Positions 1 to 9,976 of a stretch of 64,000 bases of DNA are shown piece after piece; position 1 is the stretch's first letter, and every line of letters starts with the position of its first letter. Made by a program: the position numbers and the translations under genes. The DNA lies in the NCBI GenBank assembly GCA_965215275.1, contig OZ244044.1, forward strand, positions 1,248,001 to 1,312,000. The letters run 5' to 3'. The stretch comes from Thermodesulfobacteriota bacterium. GTDB lineage: Bacteria; Desulfobacterota_D; UBA1144; Nemesobacterales; JAJCZQ01. Under the pieces are notes generated by a model, which searched no databases, was not told where the DNA came from, and saw only the letters and a program-made list of their open reading frames with translations.

Positions 1-538
1 TAACACCTCTGACCGTTCCATCTTCAATTATAAGTTTATTGCCCGCCATCTCGTTAAATATCATTACACCTGCTTCTTCCGCTTTCTGTCCCAGCCACTC
101 ACCAACCTTACTTATTGAGGCAACATAGTTCCCCTTGTTGTGCATTGTAGGAGGAGTTGGCAGACCGTATGAACCTTTTTCGGTCAGGAAGTAAACAGCT
201 TCACCTTTAACGGATTGAAAAAAGGGAAAATCACTCTCTTTCATATCTGGAAAAAGGGTCTTGAACCCTATAGGGTTAATAACTGCGCCTGAGAGCAGAT
301 GTGCCCCGGGATATTTTCCTTTTTCAATTATGGCAATGGGTATTTCACCAAGGGATTCCATCAATTCGGGTTCTTCTGAAAGAAGCTGGCTCAGCCTGAT
401 AGCCCCGGCAAGGCTTGCCGGTCCCGCGCCAACGAACAACACTCCAACTTCCACACAATTATCAGGGTCGTTACTCGCTCCCGTTATAAATTCATCTTTT
501 TCAACAGGTGGTCTAAATTCTGCTAGATTGTTTGACAT
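1..538 (-). CDS. Electron-transfer flavoprotein:quinone oxidoreductase / FixC-like FAD oxidoreductase, N-terminal part (runs off the window)
   Basis: Manual translation from ATG at 538: MSNNLAEFRPPVEK...VLFVGAGPASLAGAIRL...IIEKGKYPGAHLLSGAVINP...MHNKGNYVASISKV. FAD-binding GAGPA and GAHxLSGA motifs. Not in the ORF track. Confidence 0.85.
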   Translation of the reverse strand, partial: MSNNLAEFRPPVEKDEFITGASNDPDNCVEVGVLFVGAGPASLAGAIRLSQLLSEEPELMESLGEIPIAIIEKGKYPGAHLLSGAVINPIGFKTLFPDMKESDFPFFQSVKGEAVYFLTEKGSYGLPTPPTMHNKGNYVASISKVGEWLGQKAEEAGVMIFNEMAGNKLIIEDGTVRGV

Positions 539-729
539 ATGGATTATCTCCCTAAACTTAAAAAAGATAAGCGTTTCTGCTGGTATCCTATGACTTGATA
601 TGCTAAACAAAATACAGCAAAAGTCAAGTCAAAGGATACTGTATGCTGGGTATCGCAGCACTACCCCTCTTGACAAGCAATCTACAAATGTTAAATTCTT
701 GATATAGAAATGTATTGATTGGAAATGTT

Positions 730-1704
730 ATGAGAAAAAATAGAATAAGAAAATTATCAGATTACGTTCTAGCGAAGAAAGAAGGTAAAGATAATCAAAG
801 GAAATTTAGACGTTTTGAATATAGTGGAAGAGGAGTTAAAAATCTTACTACATCGTTAAATAATGCTGGGGATTATATTAAATCAAAAAACGTTGTTCAG
901 CTACTAAGCAATCGTCAACTACTTAAACTTACCGAGAAGGTAGTGAAATCAGTTCCTACTAAATTTGACCAAGCGATGGATGCTATCTACCTGCAGACAA
1001 GAATCGGTGGCGGTAATCACAGATTGTTTGATGGTAGACATACTTTGTCAGGAGCATGGAAAAGTGCTTTTAGTATACAAGGCTGTACTAACTCCGAAAA
1101 AGCTATTGGGTTTTTAAAGAGTTTTATAAAGGACCTGTCAACTCCTAAAGGAATGCCGTTTGTTACTATACAACCCAAAACTTATGACAGTATATCTAAT
1201 ACATTAACAAAGATACCTGGCGTAGACAGAAGGTATGTTTACGATCTGTTAAGCTACAATGTGTTAAAGGTTGCGTCAGTTTCAATAGGTTTAGCAGCTA
1301 TACTGTATCACCTTAATCAACAAAATTACGATCAGTTAGGTGAAATATTAGGTAGTATAGGTATCGTAGCTGTTGCAAGTGCTAATCTGCTTCTCGGAAT
1401 TATAGCAATAGCTTTTACAGCTTATGTTATAAAAACCGGAACATTAAAAACAAATTCGGTAATTAAAGGAGCTTCTATAACTACATTAGGGTTCGCACTA
1501 TTTAGTATGATGTCTGCTCCTGTCCTGATAAAACTTACAGTGGTTATGACCACTTTGGCAATAGCTGACAAATATGGAACTGAAGATAATATAAATAAGA
1601 TGACAGCATTAAAAGATCAGTTAAAAGGTATACTAAAAAACAACATCAAAAAAATACACTTTCTATCAATTCCAACAAGATTTTCCAGACAGTGCTTGTC
1701 TTGA
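730..1704 (+). CDS. Hypothetical membrane protein, AT-rich
   Basis: Long ORF (715-1704, first ATG at 730) with several hydrophobic C-terminal segments. TTGACA at 670-675 upstream. No recognisable motif. Confidence 0.6.
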   Translation: MRKNRIRKLSDYVLAKKEGKDNQRKFRRFEYSGRGVKNLTTSLNNAGDYIKSKNVVQLLSNRQLLKLTEKVVKSVPTKFDQAMDAIYLQTRIGGGNHRLFDGRHTLSGAWKSAFSIQGCTNSEKAIGFLKSFIKDLSTPKGMPFVTIQPKTYDSISNTLTKIPGVDRRYVYDLLSYNVLKVASVSIGLAAILYHLNQQNYDQLGEILGSIGIVAVASANLLLGIIAIAFTAYVIKTGTLKTNSVIKGASITTLGFALFSMMSAPVLIKLTVVMTTLAIADKYGTEDNINKMTALKDQLKGILKNNIKKIHFLSIPTRFSRQCLS

Positions 1705-1782
1705 GAATATTAGCTATGAAGTAATTTATAAAAGTGCTCTTATAAAAACCGTAGCCTTAAATAGCAATCCTTAAACACTGTT

Positions 1783-2316
1783 TCACCCCAATATCTCTTT
1801 AATACTTTTTCGTTGTGTTCTTTCTTCTTTTGCAACGGCTTCTTCCGTGGGTTTACCGACCGCTACAGCAGCAAGGATCTCATATTCCTCTTCGTTTACA
1901 CCTAATACCTTATAAGCCTGCTCTACGTCAAATCCTGCCATTGCGTGTGCACTGAACCCCATGGCATGTGCCTGAAGGGCCATGGACATCCATGCGGCAC
2001 CGGCATCAAATGCGTAATTTCTGTTGTTTTTTCCAGTTTTTACAAAGGTTTTTTTAGAAGCAATGAAACAGAGAAAACCTGCATTTTTTACCCAAGCTTG
2101 ATTTCCTTCAGCAAGCAGTAAGAAATATTCCTGTTTCTGCCGTTCTGTCCTGCCGTAATAAAACCTCCAGGGCTGTTCATTGAAACACGAAGGGGACCAG
2201 CGTGCTGCCTCAAAGAGCACTTCTATCTGATCCTGGGTCAATTTTGTGCCATCGTAGGCACGACTGCTCCACCGGTCTATAAACTGGCTTGCTACACTTT
2301 TATTCGTGCTTCTCAA
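1783..2316 (-). CDS. Nitroreductase family protein
   Basis: RWSSRAY, EAARWSPSCFNEQPWRF, DAGAAWMSMALQA motifs. Confidence 0.9.
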   Translation of the reverse strand: MRSTNKSVASQFIDRWSSRAYDGTKLTQDQIEVLFEAARWSPSCFNEQPWRFYYGRTERQKQEYFLLLAEGNQAWVKNAGFLCFIASKKTFVKTGKNNRNYAFDAGAAWMSMALQAHAMGFSAHAMAGFDVEQAYKVLGVNEEEYEILAAVAVGKPTEEAVAKEERTQRKSIKEILG

Positions 2317-2317
2317 C

Positions 2318-3868
2318 TTAAATTCCTCTCGAACTGGAAGACCTGGGGTTTTTTCTTCTCCAGCGAAGTTTGTTCAGAGCGTTAATATAAGCCTTGGCAC
2401 TGGCAACAACAATATCTGTATCTGAACCATGTCCCCGGGAAATAATACCTTTATCCTCGTCGATGACCCTCACTGACACTTCTCCCTGAGCATCTGTACC
2501 ACCAGTTATTGCAGAAACGGAATATTTTTCAAGTTTAGGGTATTCACCAGTTGCCTTTTTGATCGCCTTGCATATTGCATCAACCGGTCCGCCCCCTGTC
2601 TCAGAAGCAACGACTTCACTGCCGTCAATACTGATCTTGACGGTAGCCGTCGGGGACATACCCGTTCCACCCGCAAAATTTACCGTTATGAGTTTGTAGT
2701 AGTCCGATGAACGCAGAAACTCCTCGTTTATCAGTGCCTCTATATCTTCGTCAAAAACGTACTTTTTCTTGTCTGCCAGATCTTTGAATTTCTTAAAGGC
2801 TATCTCTGTATCCTCATCACTTAAAAAATATCCATACTCTTCAACCCTGTTTTTAAAGGCGTGTCTGCCCGAATGTTTGCCCAGAACGATCTTGTTCGAT
2901 GGAATACCAACCTCGCTAGGTTTCATTATTTCATAAGTTTCCGTATGTTTAAGCACGCCGTCCTGGTGAATGCCCGCCTCATGAGCGAAGGCGTTTGCCC
3001 CTACAATTGCCTTGTTAGGCTGTACGTTCACACCGGTAACCTGAGAAACAAGTCTACTGGTGGAATAGATATTCTTCGTGTTTATTCCAGTAGTATAAGG
3101 ATGAATATCGTTCCTTGTTTTAAGGGCCATGACTATTTCCTCAAGCGACGAATTACCAGCTCTCTCCCCCAGTCCGTTGATAGTACATTCAACTTGCCTT
3201 GCACCTTCTTTTATTGCCGCAAGTGAATTTGCCACCGCAAGTCCCAGATCATTGTGACAGTGAACGCTCAGCACCACGTTGTCCAACCCGGCTACCCTGT
3301 CCTTCAACGTTTTTATAATAAAGGCAAACTCTCCGGGGGTTGTGTATCCAACGGTGTCCGGAATATTTATGGTCGTGGCGCCGGATTTAACGGCAATGTC
3401 AACTGTTTTACACAGGTAATCTATATCGGTCCTTGTGGCGTCTTCACAGGAAAATTCCACGTTATCCGTATAGTTTTTTGCATGCTTGACCGCACCGCTT
3501 ATCATTTCAAGCACTTCTTCTCTCGATTTTCTGAGCTTGTGCTTTAAATGTATGTCAGACGTGGCAATAAACGTGTGGATCCTCGGGTTCGCGGAATGCT
3601 TAACTGCTTCCCATCCGCGGTCTATGTCTTTGAAACTCGCCCTGCACAGGCCCGCTACCTGACAATCTTTTATCTTCTCGGCAATTGTCTTGACTGAAAT
3701 AAAATCTTCCTCTGAAGATATGGGAAAACCAGCTTCAATTATATCAACGCCAAGTTTTTCAAGTTGATAGGCAACCCTCAACTTTTCTTCCATTGTCATA
3801 CTGCAGCCCGGCGCCTGCTCTCCATCCCTTAAAGTCGTGTCAAATATGTTTATATAGTTATTTTTCAA
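2318..3868 (-). CDS. leuA: 2-isopropylmalate synthase
   Basis: DTTLRDGEQ, HCHNDLG, GERAGN, HEAGIHQDG motifs and C-terminal regulatory domain. Confidence 0.97.
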   Translation of the reverse strand: MKNNYINIFDTTLRDGEQAPGCSMTMEEKLRVAYQLEKLGVDIIEAGFPISSEEDFISVKTIAEKIKDCQVAGLCRASFKDIDRGWEAVKHSANPRIHTFIATSDIHLKHKLRKSREEVLEMISGAVKHAKNYTDNVEFSCEDATRTDIDYLCKTVDIAVKSGATTINIPDTVGYTTPGEFAFIIKTLKDRVAGLDNVVLSVHCHNDLGLAVANSLAAIKEGARQVECTINGLGERAGNSSLEEIVMALKTRNDIHPYTTGINTKNIYSTSRLVSQVTGVNVQPNKAIVGANAFAHEAGIHQDGVLKHTETYEIMKPSEVGIPSNKIVLGKHSGRHAFKNRVEEYGYFLSDEDTEIAFKKFKDLADKKKYVFDEDIEALINEEFLRSSDYYKLITVNFAGGTGMSPTATVKISIDGSEVVASETGGGPVDAICKAIKKATGEYPKLEKYSVSAITGGTDAQGEVSVRVIDEDKGIISRGHGSDTDIVVASAKAYINALNKLRWRRKNPRSSSSRGI

Positions 3869-3992
3869 AAATACATCCTGTTCCGATTTTTGTTTTATAA
3901 CTTATCATCTATCCTTTTATCAATCAACAAATAGTGAATCTGTACTTACAGAATATTATTTTAATTGTTAAGAAATTATTAAAAAATTTTTC

Positions 3993-4022
3993 TTGACAAG
4001 ACATCTCATATTTTGTTAATCT
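3993..4022 (+). promoter_or_regulatory. Putative sigma70 promoter of dnaA
   Basis: TTGACA (3993-3998), 18 bp spacer, TAATCT (4017-4022) preceded by TG. Confidence 0.45.
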
Positions 4023-4042
4023 TGTTTTCAACTTAAAGCCAT

Positions 4043-5458
4043 TTGGTGGGTGGTTTTTGGAGAGGTTATTTGAATAAGAATTCCGGACAAGAGGAGATTC
4101 CCTTCTCTGTCAACTGGTCAGTTGTATTGGAAAAAGTGGGAGAGAAATCCATCCCAGGAGTTATAGACTGGCTCCAACCGCTACAATTAGTAAGTCAAGA
4201 TACGAAATCTATAACATTAGTAGCTGATTCTACTTTTAATAAAAACTGGGTGCTAAACAACTATCTTGACCTTATAAGCAATACTATTGAGGAAATTTAC
4301 AAAAGAGAACTTGAAATTGAGGTCCTTTATTACAAGGAAAATCAAAAAAAGGAAAGCCAAAAAAAATCGACCAAAAATATGCCAAGAGAACAATATTTGG
4401 TTGACCTGACATGTAAGTTAAACCCCACATACTCGTTTGATAAGTTTATTGTCGGACCAAGCAACAAGTTTGCACAAGGAGCATCTTTAGCTGTTGCAAA
4501 GGCTTCACTCCTTAAGAAAAAAAAACAAAACCACAATCCTCTTTTTATCTACGGAGGAGTAGGTCTGGGAAAAACCCATCTGATCAATGCAATTGGTAAT
4601 TATGTAAAACAGGAGAGCAGAGGTGAACTGAACGTTTGCTGTCTCTCGTCTGAGGAATTTACTAATCAGTTCATCAAGGCACTAAAAAACAACTCGATGG
4701 ACGATTTTCGCAACTCTTACAGATATGGATGTGACCTGCTTCTGATAGACGATATTCAGTTCTTTGCCGGGAAAAAAGACACCCAGGAAGTCTTTTTCCA
4801 CACGTTCAATGCACTCTATGAATCTAATAAGAACATAGTATTAACAAGCGACAAACCACCAAGTGAAATGCCAGATTTACAAGACAGGCTCATTTCAAGG
4901 TTTGAGTGGGGTTTAACTGTTGATATTCAACCTCCAGAATTTGAGACCAGAATGGCAATACTATCGCAGAAAGCGGAATCAGAAAGCGTTACATTCCCAG
5001 ACGACGCCAAAATGTTCCTGGCACAACATATAGAGTCAAACGTCAGGAAACTGGAAGGTATGTTTAACAAATTGGTGGAAATTTCAAAACAAGAAAAAGA
5101 AGAGATCGATATAGAACTGGTAAAACAGGTAATAGGAGTAATAAAAAGAGATAATAAAGTAACCAAAATTGAAATTATTTTAAAAGAGGTAGCGGGCTAT
5201 TTTGACTTGAAAATATCAGACCTGAAATCGAAGTCGAAACTCAGAAATATTGCAGTTCCAAGACAAATAGCCATGTATTTATCACGAAAATACACCGTTT
5301 ATACTTTTGAAGAAATAGGAGAAAAACTTGGAGGAAGGGACCACTCGACCATATCACACGGATTCAATAGAATAGAGACAAGAATTGATGAAGACGATCA
5401 ATTAATTAAAAAACCTATAAAAGAACTGGTTAAAAAAATAGAAGGTAAAATTACCTGA
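4043..5458 (+). CDS. dnaA: Chromosomal replication initiator DnaA (start uncertain)
   Basis: NPLFIYGGVGLGKTHL Walker A, LLLIDDIQF Walker B, RDHSTI in domain IV. Confidence 0.97.
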   Translation: MVGGFWRGYLNKNSGQEEIPFSVNWSVVLEKVGEKSIPGVIDWLQPLQLVSQDTKSITLVADSTFNKNWVLNNYLDLISNTIEEIYKRELEIEVLYYKENQKKESQKKSTKNMPREQYLVDLTCKLNPTYSFDKFIVGPSNKFAQGASLAVAKASLLKKKKQNHNPLFIYGGVGLGKTHLINAIGNYVKQESRGELNVCCLSSEEFTNQFIKALKNNSMDDFRNSYRYGCDLLLIDDIQFFAGKKDTQEVFFHTFNALYESNKNIVLTSDKPPSEMPDLQDRLISRFEWGLTVDIQPPEFETRMAILSQKAESESVTFPDDAKMFLAQHIESNVRKLEGMFNKLVEISKQEKEEIDIELVKQVIGVIKRDNKVTKIEIILKEVAGYFDLKISDLKSKSKLRNIAVPRQIAMYLSRKYTVYTFEEIGEKLGGRDHSTISHGFNRIETRIDEDDQLIKKPIKELVKKIEGKIT

Positions 5459-5680
5459 ATTTTTTGTGGAAAAACTTGTTATTAATATGTGAGTAGTTTA
5501 TGATATTCAGAAGTTTTTATTTCCCATGTTGATACAATGTATATTAAAACAAAAAACTATTAACAGTAAAAAATCAGTAACAGAAAAGGAAAAAGTGACT
5601 TATTCACAAATTCACAATCCTTATTATTACTATTATTAAAATAAAACTATTTATATATTAATAACAACAAGGAATAAAAG
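5459..5680. other. Replication origin oriC
   Basis: AT-rich dnaA-dnaN intergenic region. DnaA boxes TGTGGAAAA (5465-5473) and TTATTCACA (5600-5608) with overlapping AAATTCACA, followed by trinucleotide-periodic TTATTATTACTATTATT. Confidence 0.85.
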
Positions 5681-6832
5681 ATGAAATTTTCTGTGGAAAA
5701 ACAAGTATTTTTGGAAAAAATAGCATTGGTGTACGGCATTGCAGAGAAAAAGACTACGATGCCTATTCTTTCCACCCTGCTTTTAACGAGTTCAAAAGAC
5801 CAGGTAAAAATTACTGCTACTGATCTTGAAACCACTATAAGTACCTGGATGGATGCTGAAGTTGAAAAAGAATCCAGCATTGCGGTCCCTGCACATACTT
5901 TATTTGATATTGTGAAGGGCCCACAGATCCCGCCAAATGGAAATATTACAGTTGAAGAGATAGGGAACAGCTGGGTCCATCTGGTAACTGATAGCGGTGG
6001 AGATTATAAAATAACCGGACTGCCTGCGTCTGATTATCCTGATATTCCTGACGTTTCCAAGAGCGGTTTGTTTGAGATTGACCCTGATTTACTGGAAGAT
6101 ATGATCTCTAAAACGATCTATTGTGTTTCTTCTGACGATATGAGAAGGAATCTTTCCGGGATCTGTTTTGAAAAAAGCGGAGAGAACAACTTGAGGTTAG
6201 TAGCAACAGATGGACACAGATTGAGCAGGATAGAAAAAACCCTTTCTGCCAATATAAGTATAAGTACGGTGCTCGTTCCAAGGAAGGGTTTATCGGAACT
6301 CATAAAGGTGCTGAAGAGTATAAGTTCAAAGAAACAGGAAAATAAAGATACTTCCACTCAAGGTGATACTGTTCAGATAGGGTGTGAGAAAAAATTCTTT
6401 GTGGTAGCGGGAGAGGATGTGCTTCTTTTTTCCAGACTGATAGACGCAGAGTTTCCCGACTACAAACAGGTTATCCCTGACGAAACGGAATTTGAAGTAG
6501 AGGTCGACAGGATTTCGCTTCTGAACTCGTTAAAAGGAGTAGGTGTATTATCTTCCGAGAGAACAAGGAATATGAAAACAATATTTGATGATAATGTTCT
6601 GACCATTGCTTCTTCATCACCTGAAGTTGGAGAAGGAAAAGAGACCATTCAGGTTAATTATACGGGTTCTCGGAAGGAAATAGGTTTTAGCGGAAGTTAT
6701 TTGGTAGACTGCCTTTCTGCCATTGACCAAGACAAAGTCTTTATCAGGTTCACGGACGAGCTTAGTCCTGTGTTGTTGAAACCCAAAGACAAAGATGACT
6801 ATCTTTGCATTGTGATGCCAATGCGAATTTAA
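5681..6832 (+). CDS. dnaN: DNA polymerase III beta sliding clamp
   Basis: ATDLE, LVATDGHRL, FPDY, C-terminal VMPMRI; follows dnaA. Confidence 0.97.
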   Translation: MKFSVEKQVFLEKIALVYGIAEKKTTMPILSTLLLTSSKDQVKITATDLETTISTWMDAEVEKESSIAVPAHTLFDIVKGPQIPPNGNITVEEIGNSWVHLVTDSGGDYKITGLPASDYPDIPDVSKSGLFEIDPDLLEDMISKTIYCVSSDDMRRNLSGICFEKSGENNLRLVATDGHRLSRIEKTLSANISISTVLVPRKGLSELIKVLKSISSKKQENKDTSTQGDTVQIGCEKKFFVVAGEDVLLFSRLIDAEFPDYKQVIPDETEFEVEVDRISLLNSLKGVGVLSSERTRNMKTIFDDNVLTIASSSPEVGEGKETIQVNYTGSRKEIGFSGSYLVDCLSAIDQDKVFIRFTDELSPVLLKPKDKDDYLCIVMPMRI

Positions 6833-7002
6833 ATGTTTCTTTTAAGTTCAACGCTATTTGTTTTCTGCTTGACGTACTTTCTGTTCCTGTCCACTTGAGA
6901 CACCTCTGTCTATAACCATTTTCTGCCTGTGCTCTTGTATGACTTGACTTTTAAGAAGAGCTTTTATAAATTAAACAAAAAATTAAGTTGTTTACTTAAA
7001 AT

Positions 7003-8490
7003 ATGCTTGGAAAGTTCGTAGGAATAGATCTTAACAACAATAACGCAAGGGTCTGCGTGGTGGACAGGTCTTTTACGGGTGACAGGATAAAGACGAAGGA
7101 GTCCGTGTCCTTTCAGCTGGGGACCGGTGATAGTAAAAATGGAAAACATGGGGTGGCCTATTCGGTTTTGAGTAAATTTAACGTACCCAGTTACAACATA
7201 TGTACGGCTATCGCAGCTCCTGCAATATCCCTGAAGGTACTCAGGTTCCCATTTAAAGATTCCAACAAAGTAAGGCAGACCTATAAGTTCGAACTTGATA
7301 ACGAAACTGTATATGACCCTGATGAAAAGATTAATTCGTACCACCTGGTAAAAAGGGATGATTATTCAGAAGCGCTTGTTTCAATGTTCGAGAAGTCCGA
7401 CGTCAGATCGTTTCTTGACCTTATGGACGGGTATGGAATTGACCCGAAGTTCATAACGTATGCTCCAGCTGCTTTTAGTTCGTTGAACGGTCAGCTTTCC
7501 AACGAAAGGCCGTTTTTACTGGTGGATGTGACCTGTAGCGATATAAATTTCATACTTTTTGACGAGAAAGGTGTCAGGAGGGTCAGGTCGTCAAGGGAAC
7601 CCTTTTCAGATTTTGTGAACGGACTTGGAATTAAAAGCGGAGACGATTTTACCTTCACAGGTCTTTCCGGCACGGACATAGAAAAGGAGAAATTTAACCC
7701 GCTCGTTAAAGAAACTGTCAGAACGATGCGTTTTTTTGAAAAGGAACTGAGAGACGAGATTAAATCAGTTGTTCTTACCGGGGAGCTGTGCCTGCTCAAT
7801 GGTGTGGAAAATATATTTAAGGAAGGCCTGAACAGACCGGTCAGCAAGATATTCATTCCAGACCTTGGTGAAGAGGACTCACCGATTTTTGCAAGGGCAT
7901 ATGCGATCGCCTTGTACGGGGCCCATTCCAATCAGGACAGTATAAATCTCAGGATCAATGAATTTGAGTTTAAAAGTAAAAGCCTGGATATAAGAAAGAA
8001 TTTCCTTGTTCCAATACTGCTTCTTGCGGTTTTTCTAACGCTGACCTTTTACAGGTCGGGGTCCAACGCTATAACTTCAGGGAACAACGTTAAAATACTG
8101 AAAAAAGAACTTCAAAAAGAGGTAAAGGAAGTATTTCCGAACATACCGTCCGTTATACCTGACCCGGTTTCCTTTATGCAGTATGAAGTGGTAAAGGTGC
8201 GAGATAAGATCAGTTTGATAGAAGAGGTTAAAGGTGGTTCTACTCCCTTGGACGTAATAAGGAACATAACGTCGATCTTTTCGTCCAATCTGTATACAAG
8301 GGTCGATGAGATCAGGTTTGAATCTGAAAAGCGGGTAAAGCTCTGGGGCAGGTGTAATTCTTATAAGGACATTGCAAAAGTAGAGAAAGTATTATCCGAG
8401 TCCAGTAAGTTCACGAAAGTCAAAAGAGAACAGGTCAGTCAATCAACTGACAATACCGTTAAGTTTATCATGTCAATGGTGGTGAATTAG
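7003..8490 (+). CDS. gspL: Type II secretion GspL / PilM-PilN-like protein
   Basis: N-terminal actin-like domain (VGIDL, VVLTGE), INLR motif, single TM segment, periplasmic ferredoxin-like tail; upstream of GspM- and GspN-like genes. Confidence 0.7.
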   Translation: MLGKFVGIDLNNNNARVCVVDRSFTGDRIKTKESVSFQLGTGDSKNGKHGVAYSVLSKFNVPSYNICTAIAAPAISLKVLRFPFKDSNKVRQTYKFELDNETVYDPDEKINSYHLVKRDDYSEALVSMFEKSDVRSFLDLMDGYGIDPKFITYAPAAFSSLNGQLSNERPFLLVDVTCSDINFILFDEKGVRRVRSSREPFSDFVNGLGIKSGDDFTFTGLSGTDIEKEKFNPLVKETVRTMRFFEKELRDEIKSVVLTGELCLLNGVENIFKEGLNRPVSKIFIPDLGEEDSPIFARAYAIALYGAHSNQDSINLRINEFEFKSKSLDIRKNFLVPILLLAVFLTLTFYRSGSNAITSGNNVKILKKELQKEVKEVFPNIPSVIPDPVSFMQYEVVKVRDKISLIEEVKGGSTPLDVIRNITSIFSSNLYTRVDEIRFESEKRVKLWGRCNSYKDIAKVEKVLSESSKFTKVKREQVSQSTDNTVKFIMSMVVN

Positions 8491-9102
8491 TTGGAGATAG
8501 ATCATATATATTCAAAGGTCAAAGAGCTGAAACTGCAGCTTCAGCCTCGGATCAAAAAACTGACGGATTACATAAACAGTTCTCAAAGAGACAAAAAAAC
8601 GGTCTATATTGTTTTGGCCGTTGTTTTTCTCCTTGTTCTGATAGTTTTTTATAATGTATTTGCGGGAAATTCCGAGAAGCATCAGAGGCAGATATCTGCT
8701 CTGGAGGGAAATCTCGTGAAGGTCAGGTCGCTTGCAGGCGAATACAGGCAGAAAAAGCGTCAGCTGGAGCAGCTGAGCGGAGCTATAAAAAAAGAGGACG
8801 AATCGCTGATATCAGTTATTGAGAAGATATTTATAGACAATGGGATCAGGCGGAACAGGTTTTCGATCAAGGACAGCAAGCTGGACGAAAGCTACTCGTA
8901 TGAACTGTCCGGTGAAGCCACCGTTCAGGTGGAACTTAAGGAAGTCCCGTTTAAAAGGGTTATAGACGTACTTTACTCCATTCAGAGCAGGGACAGTTTT
9001 TTAAAGGTCTCAAACCTCAGGATCAGAACCAAGTTCAACAACTCCGAGATGGTTGACGTTTCTTTCAAGCTGTCAACTTTCGAAATAGCACAGGATATGT
9101 GA
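8491..9102 (+). CDS. gspM: Type II secretion GspM-like protein
   Basis: SQRDK followed by TM segment, coiled coil, then VELKEV...LYSIQ...LKVSNLRI pattern. Confidence 0.65.
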   Translation: MEIDHIYSKVKELKLQLQPRIKKLTDYINSSQRDKKTVYIVLAVVFLLVLIVFYNVFAGNSEKHQRQISALEGNLVKVRSLAGEYRQKKRQLEQLSGAIKKEDESLISVIEKIFIDNGIRRNRFSIKDSKLDESYSYELSGEATVQVELKEVPFKRVIDVLYSIQSRDSFLKVSNLRIRTKFNNSEMVDVSFKLSTFEIAQDM

Positions 9103-9103
9103 A

Positions 9104-9976
9104 GTGATAAACAGAAATTCAAAATATTTAAAGTATATAGCGTCCGTAGTCTTGTTTTTCTTTTTCTTTACGTTGTTCTTTTATATTTATTTTCCATCCG
9201 ATTCTTTAAAGAAGAGGATAAGTTTGGAGATCAGGGATCGCTTTGGTCTGAGCGTGGATATTGGTACTGTGGATATTTCCCCACTTGCCAATATAAAGAT
9301 AGGGGACCTTCGGCTGACGGATGAGGGGAAAGGAACGGAGAAACCGTTGCTTATTGACGAGATAAAAATATCTCCTTCTTTGTCCTCTTTATTTAGTAAA
9401 GGTAAAAAGGCTTCCTTTATCGCAAAGATCGAAGAAGGCAGTCTTGAAGGTACCGTGGACTACTCCGGTGGTAAAAAGCTGGATTTTTTAGAGGCAAAGC
9501 TGGACAGGGTCGATATCAAGGTCATGGAGAGTTTGTTAAAGAACGTGGAAGACGTTCCAGGTTTTGGCGGGAAGGTAAGTGGAGAGGTTAATGTTTTAAC
9601 TGACCGGAAGGGCTCTGTAAAAGGTGATTTCAGGCTGCGTTCAGACGATCTTTCACTCTCTGGTTTAAAGATCAGGAATTTTTCTTTACCGGACTATAAA
9701 AGTTTGAGATCGGATATCAAGGGCAGGATAAACAGGGGCAGGACATGGATTGATAACCTCCGGATCGAAAGTGAGGACTTTGATCTTGTTCTTGCCGGCA
9801 CGGCACCGCTGCCCTGGAAGATAAAAAAGGGGACTTTGGACCTTTCCGTCAATCTGGAATTAAAAACGGGTTCTAAAATGAAGTTTCTCAAGGCCTTTAT
9901 GAAGGAGGAAGAGGACGGAACCATATCTGCAAAGATCAAAGGACCTTTTAGAAAGATCAGGTTTGAGAAAAATTGA
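9104..9976 (+). CDS. gspN: Type II secretion GspN-like protein (full copy with N-terminal TM anchor)
   Basis: TM segment followed by YIYFPSDSLK, beta-rich body; position after gspL and gspM. Confidence 0.65.
   Translation: MINRNSKYLKYIASVVLFFFFFTLFFYIYFPSDSLKKRISLEIRDRFGLSVDIGTVDISPLANIKIGDLRLTDEGKGTEKPLLIDEIKISPSLSSLFSKGKKASFIAKIEEGSLEGTVDYSGGKKLDFLEAKLDRVDIKVMESLLKNVEDVPGFGGKVSGEVNVLTDRKGSVKGDFRLRSDDLSLSGLKIRNFSLPDYKSLRSDIKGRINRGRTWIDNLRIESEDFDLVLAGTAPLPWKIKKGTLDLSVNLELKTGSKMKFLKAFMKEEEDGTISAKIKGPFRKIRFEKN

Noticed and set aside
261..593. 110-aa plus-strand ORF
   Set aside because: Antisense shadow of the minus-strand ETF:quinone oxidoreductase; most short overlapping ORFs in the track were rejected for the same reason.
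667..1705. 13-bp imperfect inverted repeat (CTCTTGACAAGCA / TGCTTGTCTTGAG) around the orphan gene
   Set aside because: Short, 11/13 match, overlaps the -35 box, and no TSD was found.
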